DNA of 64,000 bases from Nannocystis bainbridge. GTDB lineage: Bacteria; Myxococcota_A; Polyangia; Nannocystales; Nannocystaceae. The stretch lies in NCBI RefSeq assembly GCF_028368995.1, contig NZ_JAQNDL010000001.1:3328001-3392000 (forward strand). Reading direction: 5' to 3'. The position numbers were made by a program, and so were the translations under genes. Each line of letters starts with the position of its first letter. Within the stretch, counting starts at the first letter, position 1. The notes below the pieces were generated by a model, which was not told the origin of the DNA, made no database searches, and worked only from the letters and a program-made list of their open reading frames with translations. Of this stretch, positions 31,492-41,370 are shown one piece after another.

Positions 31492-32709
31492 TCAGGGCTT
31501 CGCCGCGCGCTGCAGCGCCGCCGCCTCGTCTGCCCGCGCCGCGCAGCGAAACCCGAAGTGATGGAACGGCTGGTTGCTCGGGAAGTGCGGCCGGCGCCAC
31601 ACCCCGGTCGCGTACGACGCGTCCCAGTACCACGACCCGCCGCGGACGATCTTGCGCAGCTTGCCCGGGCACTCGCGGGCGACCTCGCCGTCCTTCGCGC
31701 ACGGCCCGAGTGGGTCGACCCCCTCGCACTCGGCCCCGCACTCCGCGTAGCTGCGGGTGAACCAGTCGGCCACCCACTCCCACGAATTTCCGGACATGTC
31801 GTAAAGGCCATATCGGCCCGGCGGGCGCGACCCGATCTCCCACGGCCTCCCCGTGTCCGGCTTGCTGCCCTGCTTCTTGACCCCGCAGCCGCGCCCGGTC
31901 TCGTCCTTCAGGATCGCCCGCTCGCAGGTCGCCGGCTCGTCGCCCCACGGGTGCAGCGCCCCGTCGGGCCCGCGCGCCCCCTTCTCCCACTGCGCCTCGC
32001 TCGGCAGCCGCTTGCCCTGCGCCTTGCAATAGCCGTCGGCGTGGAACCACGACACCCCGTTGATCGGCTGCTTCGGCCGGTCGAAGTCGGAGTAGGCCGG
32101 CCCGCCCTTCGGGTCGCACTGCTTGGCCTTCACGCACGCCTTGTACTCCGCGTACGTGACCTCGTGGACGTCGAGGTAATACGTCTGCAGCCACACCCGC
32201 GCCTGCGGCCGCGCCTGCTCCGGCCCGGTGTCGGTGCCGCGCACGAACCACCCGGCCGGGACGCACGCCATGCCCGGCGGCGGCGGCTCGAGGCAAGCGA
32301 GCGGCGCAGGCGCCCCGGGCGGCGGCGGATCGCCGGCGCTCGCACCACCTGTCCCTGCGGACAGCCCGATGCCACCTGCCCCTGCGGACAGCCCGGTGCC
32401 ACCTGTCTCTGCGGACGCCCCGTTTCCGCCTGTCCTCGCGGACATCCCGGCGCTCGCCGCTTCGCTACCACCTGTCCCTGCGGACAGCCCAGCTTCGTGG
32501 CCGCCCGCAGATGACCCCGCGCTCGCGGTGCCGGCCCCTGAGGACAGCTCAGCGCCGGGCGCGACCCGCCCCGACTCGGCGCCTGCCCCCGCGGACATGT
32601 CCGAAGAGCCAGACGCAGCGGGCACCGCGGCGCCGGGCGCCTGCTCCGAAGGACCTGTCCGACAGGACAGACCGATCGCCAGCGCCACGATCGCCGCGGA
32701 CGGCCTCAC
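31492..32709 (-). CDS. Formylglycine-generating enzyme (SUMF1) family lipoprotein
   Basis: EVTYAEY, VSWFHA, RLPSEAQWEKGARG, GLYDMSGNSWEW, RGGSW and GFRC. Confidence 0.92.
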   Translation of the reverse strand: MRPSAAIVALAIGLSCRTGPSEQAPGAAVPAASGSSDMSAGAGAESGRVAPGAELSSGAGTASAGSSAGGHEAGLSAGTGGSEAASAGMSARTGGNGASAETGGTGLSAGAGGIGLSAGTGGASAGDPPPPGAPAPLACLEPPPPGMACVPAGWFVRGTDTGPEQARPQARVWLQTYYLDVHEVTYAEYKACVKAKQCDPKGGPAYSDFDRPKQPINGVSWFHADGYCKAQGKRLPSEAQWEKGARGPDGALHPWGDEPATCERAILKDETGRGCGVKKQGSKPDTGRPWEIGSRPPGRYGLYDMSGNSWEWVADWFTRSYAECGAECEGVDPLGPCAKDGEVARECPGKLRKIVRGGSWYWDASYATGVWRRPHFPSNQPFHHFGFRCAARADEAAALQRAAKP

Positions 32710-33800
32710 CCGGCCTTCTTCTCCGTCGCCGGCGCCTTCACGTCGGCCTTGCCGTCGCCGGTCGCGGTCGGCTGCGCGCCCGCGGGCGTGGCCGGCTGGG
32801 CCCCGCCGGGGGCGGCCTGACCGGGCGCCGTGGCGCCGGCCGGCGGCGTCGGGGCCGGCTTGATCGACATCAGCTCGACCGTGAACGTCAGGTCCGAGTT
32901 CGGCGGGATCCGTCCCTTGGCCCGCTCGCCATACGCCACATTCGCCGGGATCTCGAGCTTGCGCAGCGTCCCGACCTTCATGCCGGCGATGCCGATGTCC
33001 CAGCCCTTGATCACCCGGCCCTGGCCGAGCGGGAACACGATCGGCTTGCGGGTCAGCGACGAGTCGAACTCGGTCCCGTCCTTGAGCGTGCCGCGGTAGT
33101 GCACCCCGACCATGTCGCCGGCCTTGGCCTCGGGCCCCTCGCCGACCTTGTACTCCGTGCTCTTGACCCCGTCGGCCAGCGTCTTGGTCGACAGCGGCTT
33201 GGCCTCGAACGCCGTGAGCGGCTGCGGCGGCGGCGGCGGCGGCGTGAAGGCCAGCAGCTCGATGGTGAACACCAGCGTCGCGCCCGGTGGGATCTTCCCG
33301 GCCCGGCGGTCGCCGTAGCCCAGCGCCGCCGGCACGATCAGGCGCCGCTTGCCGCCGACCTTCATCCCGGCCACGCCCTCGTCCCAGCCCTTGATCACCC
33401 GGCCCTCGCCGAGCGGGAACGTGAACGCCCGGTTGCGCTTCTTCGAGGTGTCGAAGATGACGCCGTCGGTCAGGTAGCCGGTGTAGTGGACCTCGACCTC
33501 GCCGCCCTTGACCGCCTCGGCGCCGTCGCCGAGCACGAACTCCTCGACCGTCAGCCCGCTCTCGGTCTTGTTGCTGCTGAGCGGCTTGCCGTCGAACGGC
33601 GCGTCGTACTTGATGTCCGCGCTCGGCTCGAGCGGCAGCGGCGGTCCCTCGGGCTTCGCGGGCTCGGCCTTGACTTCGGCCTTCGCGGGCTCCGCCTTGG
33701 CCGGCTCGGCCTTGGTGGGTTCAGTCTTGGGGGCCTCGCCGGCCGTGCAGGCGACCAGGGCGGAGGCGATGAGGAGCGCGAACGGAGCGCGGACGTGCAT
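32706..33800 (-). CDS. Two-domain FKBP-type peptidyl-prolyl isomerase lipoprotein
   Basis: Two VHY...FD(T/S)S...VIKGWD.G..GMKVG...YG repeats; lipobox LVAC. Confidence 0.93.
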   Translation of the reverse strand: MHVRAPFALLIASALVACTAGEAPKTEPTKAEPAKAEPAKAEVKAEPAKPEGPPLPLEPSADIKYDAPFDGKPLSSNKTESGLTVEEFVLGDGAEAVKGGEVEVHYTGYLTDGVIFDTSKKRNRAFTFPLGEGRVIKGWDEGVAGMKVGGKRRLIVPAALGYGDRRAGKIPPGATLVFTIELLAFTPPPPPPQPLTAFEAKPLSTKTLADGVKSTEYKVGEGPEAKAGDMVGVHYRGTLKDGTEFDSSLTRKPIVFPLGQGRVIKGWDIGIAGMKVGTLRKLEIPANVAYGERAKGRIPPNSDLTFTVELMSIKPAPTPPAGATAPGQAAPGGAQPATPAGAQPTATGDGKADVKAPATEKKAG

Positions 33801-33853
33801 GGCGCGGCGTCTATATCCCACTTTCGCGGCCGGCGCACGCCCCGGCGGACCCG

Positions 33854-34735
33854 TCACGGCCGCGCGTCCGGCGGGACCACCAGCACGGGGATCGTCGCCC
33901 GGGCTGCCAGCTCGCTCGAGGTGCTGAGGGCGATGACCCGCTCCACCCGACTGAGCAGTCGCGAGCCGCACACCAGGAACGGCGCGCCCTGCTCGGTGGC
34001 GACCGCGAGGATCTCGCTGATCGTATCGCCGTAGCGGACCACCACCGGCTCGCTGCGCGCCTGGTCGGCCAGCCACTCGGCGGTCCGGTCCTTGGCGGCC
34101 GCCACGGTCTGGCCCTTGAACTGCGCCAGCGCGTCGGTCGACCAGTAGATCTGCGTGTACTCCTCCGGCACGCTGACCACGCGCACGAACAGCAGCGGCC
34201 GGCCCAGCGCCTTGGCCAGCCCCGCCCCGACCTCGACCGCCCCCGAGCTCGCGTCGGCCGGCGTCACCGCCACCACGATCGGCCCGCTGCCCAACGTGTC
34301 GGGCGCGAGGTCCGGCGGCACCACGAACGTCGGCACCACCAGCCGCTGCAGCAGCCGCCGCGCCACGCTTCCGAGCCGCACCAGGTCGCGCCCGTCGGTG
34401 GCCGCCTTGCGCCCGACGATCATCCCGACCGCCGACCGGGCCGCCCGCGCGGTCGCCAGCGTCTCCGCCGGCTCTTCCGCCTCGACCAGCTCGACCTCCG
34501 CGAACGCGTTGCGCACGCCCGCCCGGTCCATCGCCAGCTCCGCCTCGGTCTTGAGCCGCTCGTGCACCCGCACGCGCCCCTCGAACTGGTCGAGCTGATC
34601 CACCACCGCGGTCGGCGCGGCGTGGATCCCCACCAGCTCGATCGCCCCGCCCGTCTGCTCGCGCAACCACGCCCCGAAGCGCACCGCGCCGTCGCTGCGG
34701 TGGCGAAGATCGACCCCGACGATCCACGTGTTCAT
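33854..34735 (-). CDS. Tandem universal stress protein
   Basis: WIVGVD, LGSVARRLL...PTFVVP, and a second domain ending PVLVVP. Confidence 0.85.
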   Translation of the reverse strand: MNTWIVGVDLRHRSDGAVRFGAWLREQTGGAIELVGIHAAPTAVVDQLDQFEGRVRVHERLKTEAELAMDRAGVRNAFAEVELVEAEEPAETLATARAARSAVGMIVGRKAATDGRDLVRLGSVARRLLQRLVVPTFVVPPDLAPDTLGSGPIVVAVTPADASSGAVEVGAGLAKALGRPLLFVRVVSVPEEYTQIYWSTDALAQFKGQTVAAAKDRTAEWLADQARSEPVVVRYGDTISEILAVATEQGAPFLVCGSRLLSRVERVIALSTSSELAARATIPVLVVPPDARP

Positions 34736-35104
34736 GCCGCAACGATGACCGCGCTTTCGGCCCCGGCAACGCCCGCCCGGCCCGCCGATCTCATCCACCC
34801 CGGGCCCGGCCTGGCCGCCCGCCCGCGCCCCGTCCTTGCGCGCCGGCGCCACCCGGGCGGCCCCAGGCCCCCGTCGCCCGCTTCGCGCCGATCCCGCTCC
34901 GCGAGGTCTTCGGCCCCCGCCCGCTCGCCGGCACGAAGAAACATGTCTCTCGAGACATGTCCTTCATGCACGCCTGTCTCTCGGGACATGTCACACCGCC
35001 CGCCGAGATCCTGTCCTTCGGGACACGTCAACTTCGGTACCTCACGAAAGCTGCCGGGCGCGAGCTCGGCAGCCTACGAAGCGACTGGCCGGTGAGAATC
35101 GCGG

Positions 35105-35584
35105 TCACGCCCCCGCCTTATTAAACCACAGCGCATTGACGATCAGCCACCGCTCGCCGAAGCGCCCCATATGAAAATAGTCGACGAACCATGGGGTCTC
35201 GACGCGCACCACCGCCGCGTTGCCGGTCACGTCGAGCACCAGCACCGAGCGCTTCCACTGCTCGCGCGGCGTCTTCAGGGCGCCCTGTCGCGTCAGCTCG
35301 ATCAGCTCGTCCGCGCTCATGCGGCGCAGCGGGAACACCTCGCGCGCGTTCGGCCCGGCGCCCACCACCGCCCGCTTGGCCAGGTCCGGGTGCAGCGCCC
35401 GGGCCACCCGCGCGGCGTCGCCCTCCAGCTGGCCGTCGAGGTAGTCGAACGCGACCGCCTCGATCGCCGCCCGGGTCTTCGCCTCGATCGGGTTCAGCTG
35501 CACCGGCGTCGGCGGCGGAGCTGCGGCCTGGGGCGCGGCGGCGGAGGCGAGGAGCAAGGCGAGGGCGAGCGCGGGCATGGGCAT
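35105..35584 (-). CDS. Secreted NTF2-like (lumazine-binding-like) protein
   Basis: Signal peptide; DYLDG...ALHPDL, VLDVTGNAAVVRV and WLIVNALW. Confidence 0.8.
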   Translation of the reverse strand: MPMPALALALLLASAAAPQAAAPPPTPVQLNPIEAKTRAAIEAVAFDYLDGQLEGDAARVARALHPDLAKRAVVGAGPNAREVFPLRRMSADELIELTRQGALKTPREQWKRSVLVLDVTGNAAVVRVETPWFVDYFHMGRFGERWLIVNALWFNKAGA

Positions 35585-36151
35585 ATCGGGACGGTGAGAC
35601 CCCGGCCCGGGCCCGATCGGTTCCGCAAAAAAATGTCCGAAGCGTCATGTCGCGGACAGCGCGAGCGCTCCTGGCGCTGGCGACCGCCGGCCGGCCGACG
35701 CCCCATGCCCCGCTGTTGAAAACTTCCCCGCGTTCTCCCGCGACGATTCGCCCCGCGCTGGTGACCGCCCCGACTCTGGCGCGTGCACGTTTGGCAGACG
35801 ACCCAATCGGGTCGCGCCGAAATGGCATGACGCTCGAAGCTCGCGCCATTCGCAATCGACCTCTCCCGCCTCGCCTACCCGCGCGAGGGCCGACGCGATC
35901 GGAACGCCTGCGGACCCGCGCCCCTGTGCCCACGTCGTCGCAAGCCCCCACGTCCGGCGGGACCGGCCAATTCGCGGCGCTTCGGGGGCTTGCCCGACCG
36001 CCTCGAGTTTTTTTGCGACGGCGCAATTGATCGCCGGGCGAAGGGCACTCACCGGGCAAGGGCGCCGATAAGGCACCCGGTCCAATCCACCCACGTCATG
36101 CCACGGCCGCGGGCCGTGCGTCACCTCGATACATCGAGTCAAGGAGTCATC

Positions 36152-36406
36152 ATGCGCTTCATTCGTTCATTCTCTCTCGCCGCTGTCGCCCTCTCGTTCG
36201 GTGCCATCGCTCTCGGCGGCTCGAGCACCGCCAACGCCGCCATCTGCTGCAGCGCCAAGCCGTGCCAGGCCGAGAATCCGCCGGCGTACTGCAACAATTG
36301 CACCCCCACCTGCGTCGACGACGAGGCCGAGGCCGACGCCCCGGTCGCCGGCGACATCGTCTACGACGAGGTCGAGTCGCTCTGCTACGTCGCCGGCACC
36401 CTGTGA
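36152..36406 (+). CDS. Small secreted Cys-rich peptide precursor
   Basis: aaggag RBS; signal peptide ending ANA-A; ICCSAKPCQAENPPAYCNNCTPTC; acidic tail. Confidence 0.8.
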   Translation: MRFIRSFSLAAVALSFGAIALGGSSTANAAICCSAKPCQAENPPAYCNNCTPTCVDDEAEADAPVAGDIVYDEVESLCYVAGTL

Positions 36407-36417
36407 CGAGCTCCTGC

Positions 36418-36470
36418 CCGGCTCATGCCATGGGCGCGCGACCCGGTCGCGCGCCCATGGCGTGAGCCGG
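36418..36470 (+). terminator. 25-bp stem hairpin after the peptide gene
   Basis: ccggctcatgccatgggcgcgcgac-ccg-gtcgcgcgcccatggcgtgagccgg (one G-U pair, no U-tract). Confidence 0.6.
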
Positions 36471-36557
36471 CGTGATGCGGCGCCTCGCGGGGCCGAGCGT
36501 CGGCGTCCTCCCCTGGTATCGGGGCGCGCGGGCGCCCGCCCTTGCGAGGTATCCATA

Positions 36558-36590
36558 AAATTGACGCCTGTCAATTTGACACCCATCAAA
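36558..36590. promoter_or_regulatory. Tandem TTGAC-N4-RTCAA palindromes (operator)
   Basis: aaaTTGACgcctGTCAAtTTGACacccATCAAa, about 20 bp upstream of the ArsR gene start. Confidence 0.65.
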
Positions 36591-36610
36591 TCGGCAAGTA
36601 TCGTCGCCGC

Positions 36611-37204
36611 ATGTCCGCCGCCGACCCGGAGCTCAAGCCGACGCTCGTCCAGCTGTTCAAGGGCCTCGCCGATCCGACCCGCCTGCGGATGATCGCGGCC
36701 ATGGTCGACCGCCCGCGGTGCGGCCAGGACCTCGCGGCCGAGGTCGGTGTCACGCCTGCGACCGTCTCGCATCACCTGCGCGTGCTGACCGAGGCCGGCC
36801 TGCTGCGCGAGACCCGGCAGCCGCCCTACACCTTCTTTCAGCTCGACCTCGAGGTGCTGCAGGGCGCGGTCAAGGCGGTCTCGACGCCCAAGCGGGTGCG
36901 CGAGCTCGGCGGCGGGCCGCGCGACGCCGACACACGCGACGTGCTGCGAGCGTTCTTCGACGGCCCGCGCCTGCTCGCGCTGCCGGCCCAGCGCCGCAAG
37001 AAGGAGATCGTGCTCGAGGAGCTGCTGCGTCGCCTGCCGCGCCGCCGCGAGTACCGCGAGCCCGACCTCAACCGCTTCATCGAGGTCGTCCACCCCGACT
37101 ACTGCACGATCCGCCGCGAGTGGATCACCGGCGGATACATGGAGCGCGAGGCCGGCGTCTACAAGCTCGCGGCCCGCGGGCGCACCGTGCTCGGCGTCGC
37201 CTGA
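36611..37204 (+). CDS. ArsR/SmtB HTH regulator fused to DUF2087
   Basis: FKGLADPTRLRM and TVSHHLRVL (ArsR); LPAQRRKK, EPDLNRFI and DYCTIRRE (DUF2087). Confidence 0.88.
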   Translation: MSAADPELKPTLVQLFKGLADPTRLRMIAAMVDRPRCGQDLAAEVGVTPATVSHHLRVLTEAGLLRETRQPPYTFFQLDLEVLQGAVKAVSTPKRVRELGGGPRDADTRDVLRAFFDGPRLLALPAQRRKKEIVLEELLRRLPRRREYREPDLNRFIEVVHPDYCTIRREWITGGYMEREAGVYKLAARGRTVLGVA

Positions 37205-37453
37205 ACCACCGCGCTCCTATCATAGGAGTAAGGCGCGATCATTCACGTCACGGCGCACCGGCCAATTTCGAATTCGCCGCCAAACAGCGCCTGCGCCGCA
37301 GTTTGACGCGCGATTCCGCTCGGAATCGCAGAGCGCGGCGACACCGCACGACGTCGCGTGGGAGCTGCCGCCCCCGATCGAAGCACCTCTTCGCGCCCGT
37401 ACTCGCCACAATCGCCGCACCGCGCCGTCGGCGGCGACGCTCGCGCGCCGCGC

Positions 37454-38296
37454 ATGCTGTATGTTCGTCGCCCCGTGCGCACCCGACATCACGGCGACAC
37501 CGACGTCGGCCGGCGTCGCAGCCAGAACGAGGACGCGTTCGTCGCCAGCGACGAGCTCGGCCTGTTCGTGGTGTGCGACGGCGTCGGCGGCCGCGCGTGC
37601 GGCGAGGTCGCGTCGCAGACCACGGTCCACCTGATCCACGAGTGGGTCGAACGCGAGGCCGAGCTGATCCAGCAGGCCCACGAGGAGGCCCGGCTGGCGC
37701 AGCGGCGCGTCGTGCACGGCCCGCCGGTCGTCGAGCCGCAGCTCCGCGTCGGCCCCGACACCGTCGCGCGGCTCGTCGGGCTGGTCCGCAACGCGCTGCA
37801 GAACGCCTGCTACCTGGTCCACGGCATGGCCGAGGTCGACGCCCGCTACACCGGCATGAGCACCACAGCCTCGGTCGTGCTGGTCGCCGGCGAGCTGGCG
37901 ATCGTCGGCCAGGTCGGCGATTCGCGGGTCTACATGGCCCGCGGCGACGAAGTCCGCCAGCTCACCGAGGACCACACGCTGCTCAACATGCAGGTCAAGC
38001 AGGGCCTGGCCAGCGCCGACAAGGCCCGCGGGCGCAAGAGCCAGATCACCCGCGCGATCGGCCTGCGCGAGTTCGTCGAGGTCGACATCACCGCCTTCCC
38101 GCTGCAGACCGGCGACCGCCTGCTGCTGTGCTCCGACGGCCTCCACGAGTACCTCGACCAGGCCGCCGAGACCCTGATCGACCTGTTCCGCCTGCATCCG
38201 CGCGTCGCTGCCCCGGCCGCGATCCGCTACGCCAACCTGTGCGGCGGCAAGGACAACATCACCGCCCTGTTCGTCGAGATCGAGGCCGGTCGCTGA
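37454..38296 (+). CDS. PP2C family Ser/Thr phosphatase
   Basis: TDVGRRRSQNED, VVCDGVGG, VGDSRVY, LLLCSDGL and GGKDNIT. Confidence 0.93.
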   Translation: MLYVRRPVRTRHHGDTDVGRRRSQNEDAFVASDELGLFVVCDGVGGRACGEVASQTTVHLIHEWVEREAELIQQAHEEARLAQRRVVHGPPVVEPQLRVGPDTVARLVGLVRNALQNACYLVHGMAEVDARYTGMSTTASVVLVAGELAIVGQVGDSRVYMARGDEVRQLTEDHTLLNMQVKQGLASADKARGRKSQITRAIGLREFVEVDITAFPLQTGDRLLLCSDGLHEYLDQAAETLIDLFRLHPRVAAPAAIRYANLCGGKDNITALFVEIEAGR

Positions 38297-38333
38297 ACGG
38301 ACATGTCCTCCGGGACATGTTCGAAAGATCCCG

Positions 38334-39071
38334 TCAGCGCGGCCGCGCCAGCAGCTCGAGCAGGGTGCTCCAGTGGCGCGCGTTGCCGGCCGCGTCGTAC
38401 ACCGGGATGTCGGCGAACACCCAGCCGTGCCGCGCCGGGTAGGTCTCGAGCGTGAAGGTCACGCCCGCGGCGGTCAGCGCGTCGCGCAGCCGCTGCTGCT
38501 GCTCTTCGGGCAGGCTGGTGTCGTCGGTCGCGGCGGCGACGTAGACCTCGGCGGAGATCTGGGCGGCGAGCAGGTGCGGGCTGTCGGCGCTGCCGTCGGC
38601 CAGGTTGCCGGGGTGATACGCCGCGACCGCGGCGAAGCGGTCCGGGTAGTGACCGGCGGCGGTCAGGGCCATGCGCCCGCCCATGCAGTAACCGACCGCG
38701 CCGACCGGCCCCGGGCGCACCTCGGGCTGGGCAGCGATGTAGTCGAGGAAGGCCCGGGTGTCGCGCATGACGGCGGCGCTGTTGGTGGTGGCCGAGTGGC
38801 GGGCGAACCACGCCTGGCGAACGCCGGGCTCGGCGAAGAAGGCCTGGCCGTCGACCGGCTCGTAGGTCCCGGAGCGCCAGAACAGATCCGGCAAGAGGGT
38901 GAAGTAGCCGGCGTCGGCGAGGCGCTGGCAGTGCTCGACGAGCGTCGGCCGGATGCCGAGGCCGTCCATGAACACGAGCACCGCCGGCCACGGCCCGGGC
39001 ACCTCCGGCGTGTACACGTGCGCGGGACAGACACCGTCCTGGGTCGGGAGCTGGATCTGCGTATGGGTCAC
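38334..39071 (-). CDS. Dienelactone hydrolase family protein
   Basis: GYCMGG nucleophile motif; MDGLGIRP; HGW. Confidence 0.9.
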   Translation of the reverse strand: MTHTQIQLPTQDGVCPAHVYTPEVPGPWPAVLVFMDGLGIRPTLVEHCQRLADAGYFTLLPDLFWRSGTYEPVDGQAFFAEPGVRQAWFARHSATTNSAAVMRDTRAFLDYIAAQPEVRPGPVGAVGYCMGGRMALTAAGHYPDRFAAVAAYHPGNLADGSADSPHLLAAQISAEVYVAAATDDTSLPEEQQQRLRDALTAAGVTFTLETYPARHGWVFADIPVYDAAGNARHWSTLLELLARPR

Positions 39072-39315
39072 GCACGCACGCTAGCCGAAAGCGCGGCCGC
39101 GCGACAAGCCGGGCGTGCCCGCCGCCCATGAGGGCCCGCGAGCGTGGTCGCCGGCGAGCTCGAGCTTGCGAGAGGCCGCGGCCCTGGTCTCGACATGTCT
39201 CTCACGACATGTCTTTATAGACATAAAAAATGCGCTCGGCTTGCGCGCGCGTCATGCTCGCGGCTCGCCTTCGCGCCCGTGGCGGCCGCCGTCGGCGTGG
39301 TACCGTGGCGCCGCC

Positions 39316-39864
39316 ATGTCCGAAGCGATACCGCCCGAGCTGCGCGCCAGAGTGGAGGCGTTCGTCGTCAAGAAGCCGGCCGCGCGCGAGCTCATCGACA
39401 AGCTGTACGCCAAGCACGCTGCCGCGCCGACGGCCGACGAGCGGCGGTCCATCGAGGGCCTGCTGCGCAGCCTCGTCACCCCGAGCCGCCTCGGCCTGTG
39501 GATCTGGGGCGCCATCCTCCTGTTCGTCGCCTTCGTGCTCGGCAGCATCTACTTCTCCGAGCGCCAGCAGCAGGCCGCGCTCGAGCGCAGCGTCCCGGCC
39601 GTCGCCCTGGTCAAGCGCATGGAGGACGGCGACTGCCTGATCGGCACCGAGCGCAGCCGCTGCCTCCGGTTCGAGCTCGAGGTCCACCGCGAGGGCGCCG
39701 CGCCCTACACCGGCTCGCTCACCCACGATCTCGGCCTCGAGTGGATGTCGCGCGTGCAGCCGGGCTCGTGGCTGACCATCGGCGTCAACCCCGACGACCC
39801 CAACGATCTGGTGTTCGACGAGCGGGCGCTGGCCGTCGCCCCGCCCCAGCCGCCGGCGCAGTGA
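39316..39864 (+). CDS. Single-TM hypothetical protein
   Basis: TM segment LWIWGAILLFVAFVLG; C-terminal OB-like beta domain (VQPGSWL..VNPDDP). Confidence 0.75.
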   Translation: MSEAIPPELRARVEAFVVKKPAARELIDKLYAKHAAAPTADERRSIEGLLRSLVTPSRLGLWIWGAILLFVAFVLGSIYFSERQQQAALERSVPAVALVKRMEDGDCLIGTERSRCLRFELEVHREGAAPYTGSLTHDLGLEWMSRVQPGSWLTIGVNPDDPNDLVFDERALAVAPPQPPAQ

Positions 39865-39918
39865 CATGTCTCTCGGGACATGCCCTTTCAGACATACCCC
39901 GAGAGCCATCCACGCCGA

Positions 39919-41322
39919 TCACCCGCCGCCCGGCTCGATCGACAGCCCGAGGTAGATCACCGACGGGTCGCCCGGCAGGAACGTGATCACCGTGTCGTGC
40001 CACATGTTGTGCGTCAGCGTGATCGCGTCCTCGGCGTGGTCGTAGCGGTAGAGGTCGGTCCCATAGCCCTGGAAGTTGGAGCCGAACACGAAGTAGAGCA
40101 CGTCGGGGTCGGTCGGGTGGGCGAACAGGTGGTTGCCGTTGTAGAGCGTGGCCTCGTCGGCGTCGATCACCGCGGTGAACGTCTTGCCGCCGTCCTCCGA
40201 GCGATACACGTGGCGATGGGTCTGGGCATCGGGGTCCTCGAGGTCGAGGCCCTCGACCCACACGATGTCGCCCTGGGCCGGCGACACCACCAGGTTGAAG
40301 CCGTTGGCCGCGCCGGGGCTGAGCCCGGTCGCGCTCTGCCAGCCCTCGCCGCCGTCGTGCGAGACCAGCACGCCCTCGGCGAGCGCGCCGAACAGCACGT
40401 GGTCGAGGTCGTTGGGGTCGAACGCGGCGCGGTACGCCAGCGAGCCGGCGAACGCCGGGATCCCCTGCGGCGCCCAGGTCATGCCGGCGTCGACCGAGTC
40501 CCACACGCGCCCGGCCGAGTCGCCGATCCGCACATGATCGGGGTCGCTCGGATCGACGCCGAGGCCGACGATCCCCTCCTGCCCCGCGGGGGAGCTCAGC
40601 TTTTGGATCACCTCGTCGTCGACCCGCACGATCGCGTCGTTGTTGTCGCCGTACGCATAGGCCCGGGTCTCGCCAGCCGCGTGCAGCCGCACCGCCGGCG
40701 CGTTCGGGTTGCCGGCCGCGCCGATCGAATGCCACGAGCAGCCGGCGTCGCTCGACGCCAGGATCTGCTGGCCCGAGCCGGCCAGCATCGCCCCCGGCTT
40801 GCCGAGCGCGACCAGCCCGAAGGTGTAGGTCACCGGCTTGATCTGCTGATCCATCGGCGCCAGGGTGGCGCCCTGGTCGGAGCTGAAGGTCACCGCGCCG
40901 GTCCCGGTCACCGAATCACAATTCGGCGGCTGCCAGCCCTCGCCCGGCCCGGTCGTCGAATCGCCGGTGTCGCTGGTGCTGGTATTGCTGGTGCTGGTAT
41001 CGCTGGTGCTGGTGCTGTCTTCGGTCGTCGCGGTCGTGTCGACCGCCGTGCTCACCGTCGTCGGCTCCACCGAGGTCTCCGTGCCGGTCGGCTCGACCGA
41101 GGTCGTCGTCGTGCTGGTCGGCGCCTCGGTCGTCGCTTCGGTGGTCGCGGTGGTCGGCTCCTGCGATGTCTCGCTGGCCCCCATGGTCGTGGTGGTGGTC
41201 GGATCGGTGTCGCTGCCGGACTGGCCGACCGGAAGGTCGGAGGTGCACGCCGCGAGCAAGCACGCGGGGCCGGTCAGCAGCAGGAGTCGCAGGGAGTTCA
41301 AAGTTACGGGCGAGTAAGTCAT
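39919..41322 (-). CDS. BNR/Asp-box beta-propeller lipoprotein, DAIP (dispase autolysis-inducing protein)-like
   Basis: Lipobox LAAC; Thr linker; S-x-D-x-G-x-x-W boxes; GWQPPNC..VTGTGAVTFSSDQGATLAP and YGTDLYRYD match Streptomyces DAIP as recalled from memory. Confidence 0.78.
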   Translation of the reverse strand: MTYSPVTLNSLRLLLLTGPACLLAACTSDLPVGQSGSDTDPTTTTTMGASETSQEPTTATTEATTEAPTSTTTTSVEPTGTETSVEPTTVSTAVDTTATTEDSTSTSDTSTSNTSTSDTGDSTTGPGEGWQPPNCDSVTGTGAVTFSSDQGATLAPMDQQIKPVTYTFGLVALGKPGAMLAGSGQQILASSDAGCSWHSIGAAGNPNAPAVRLHAAGETRAYAYGDNNDAIVRVDDEVIQKLSSPAGQEGIVGLGVDPSDPDHVRIGDSAGRVWDSVDAGMTWAPQGIPAFAGSLAYRAAFDPNDLDHVLFGALAEGVLVSHDGGEGWQSATGLSPGAANGFNLVVSPAQGDIVWVEGLDLEDPDAQTHRHVYRSEDGGKTFTAVIDADEATLYNGNHLFAHPTDPDVLYFVFGSNFQGYGTDLYRYDHAEDAITLTHNMWHDTVITFLPGDPSVIYLGLSIEPGGG

Positions 41323-41370
41323 GACGGGGTCTCTCGTTGCGAGTGTGTTTCCCGCCCGCGCCGGCTGCCA

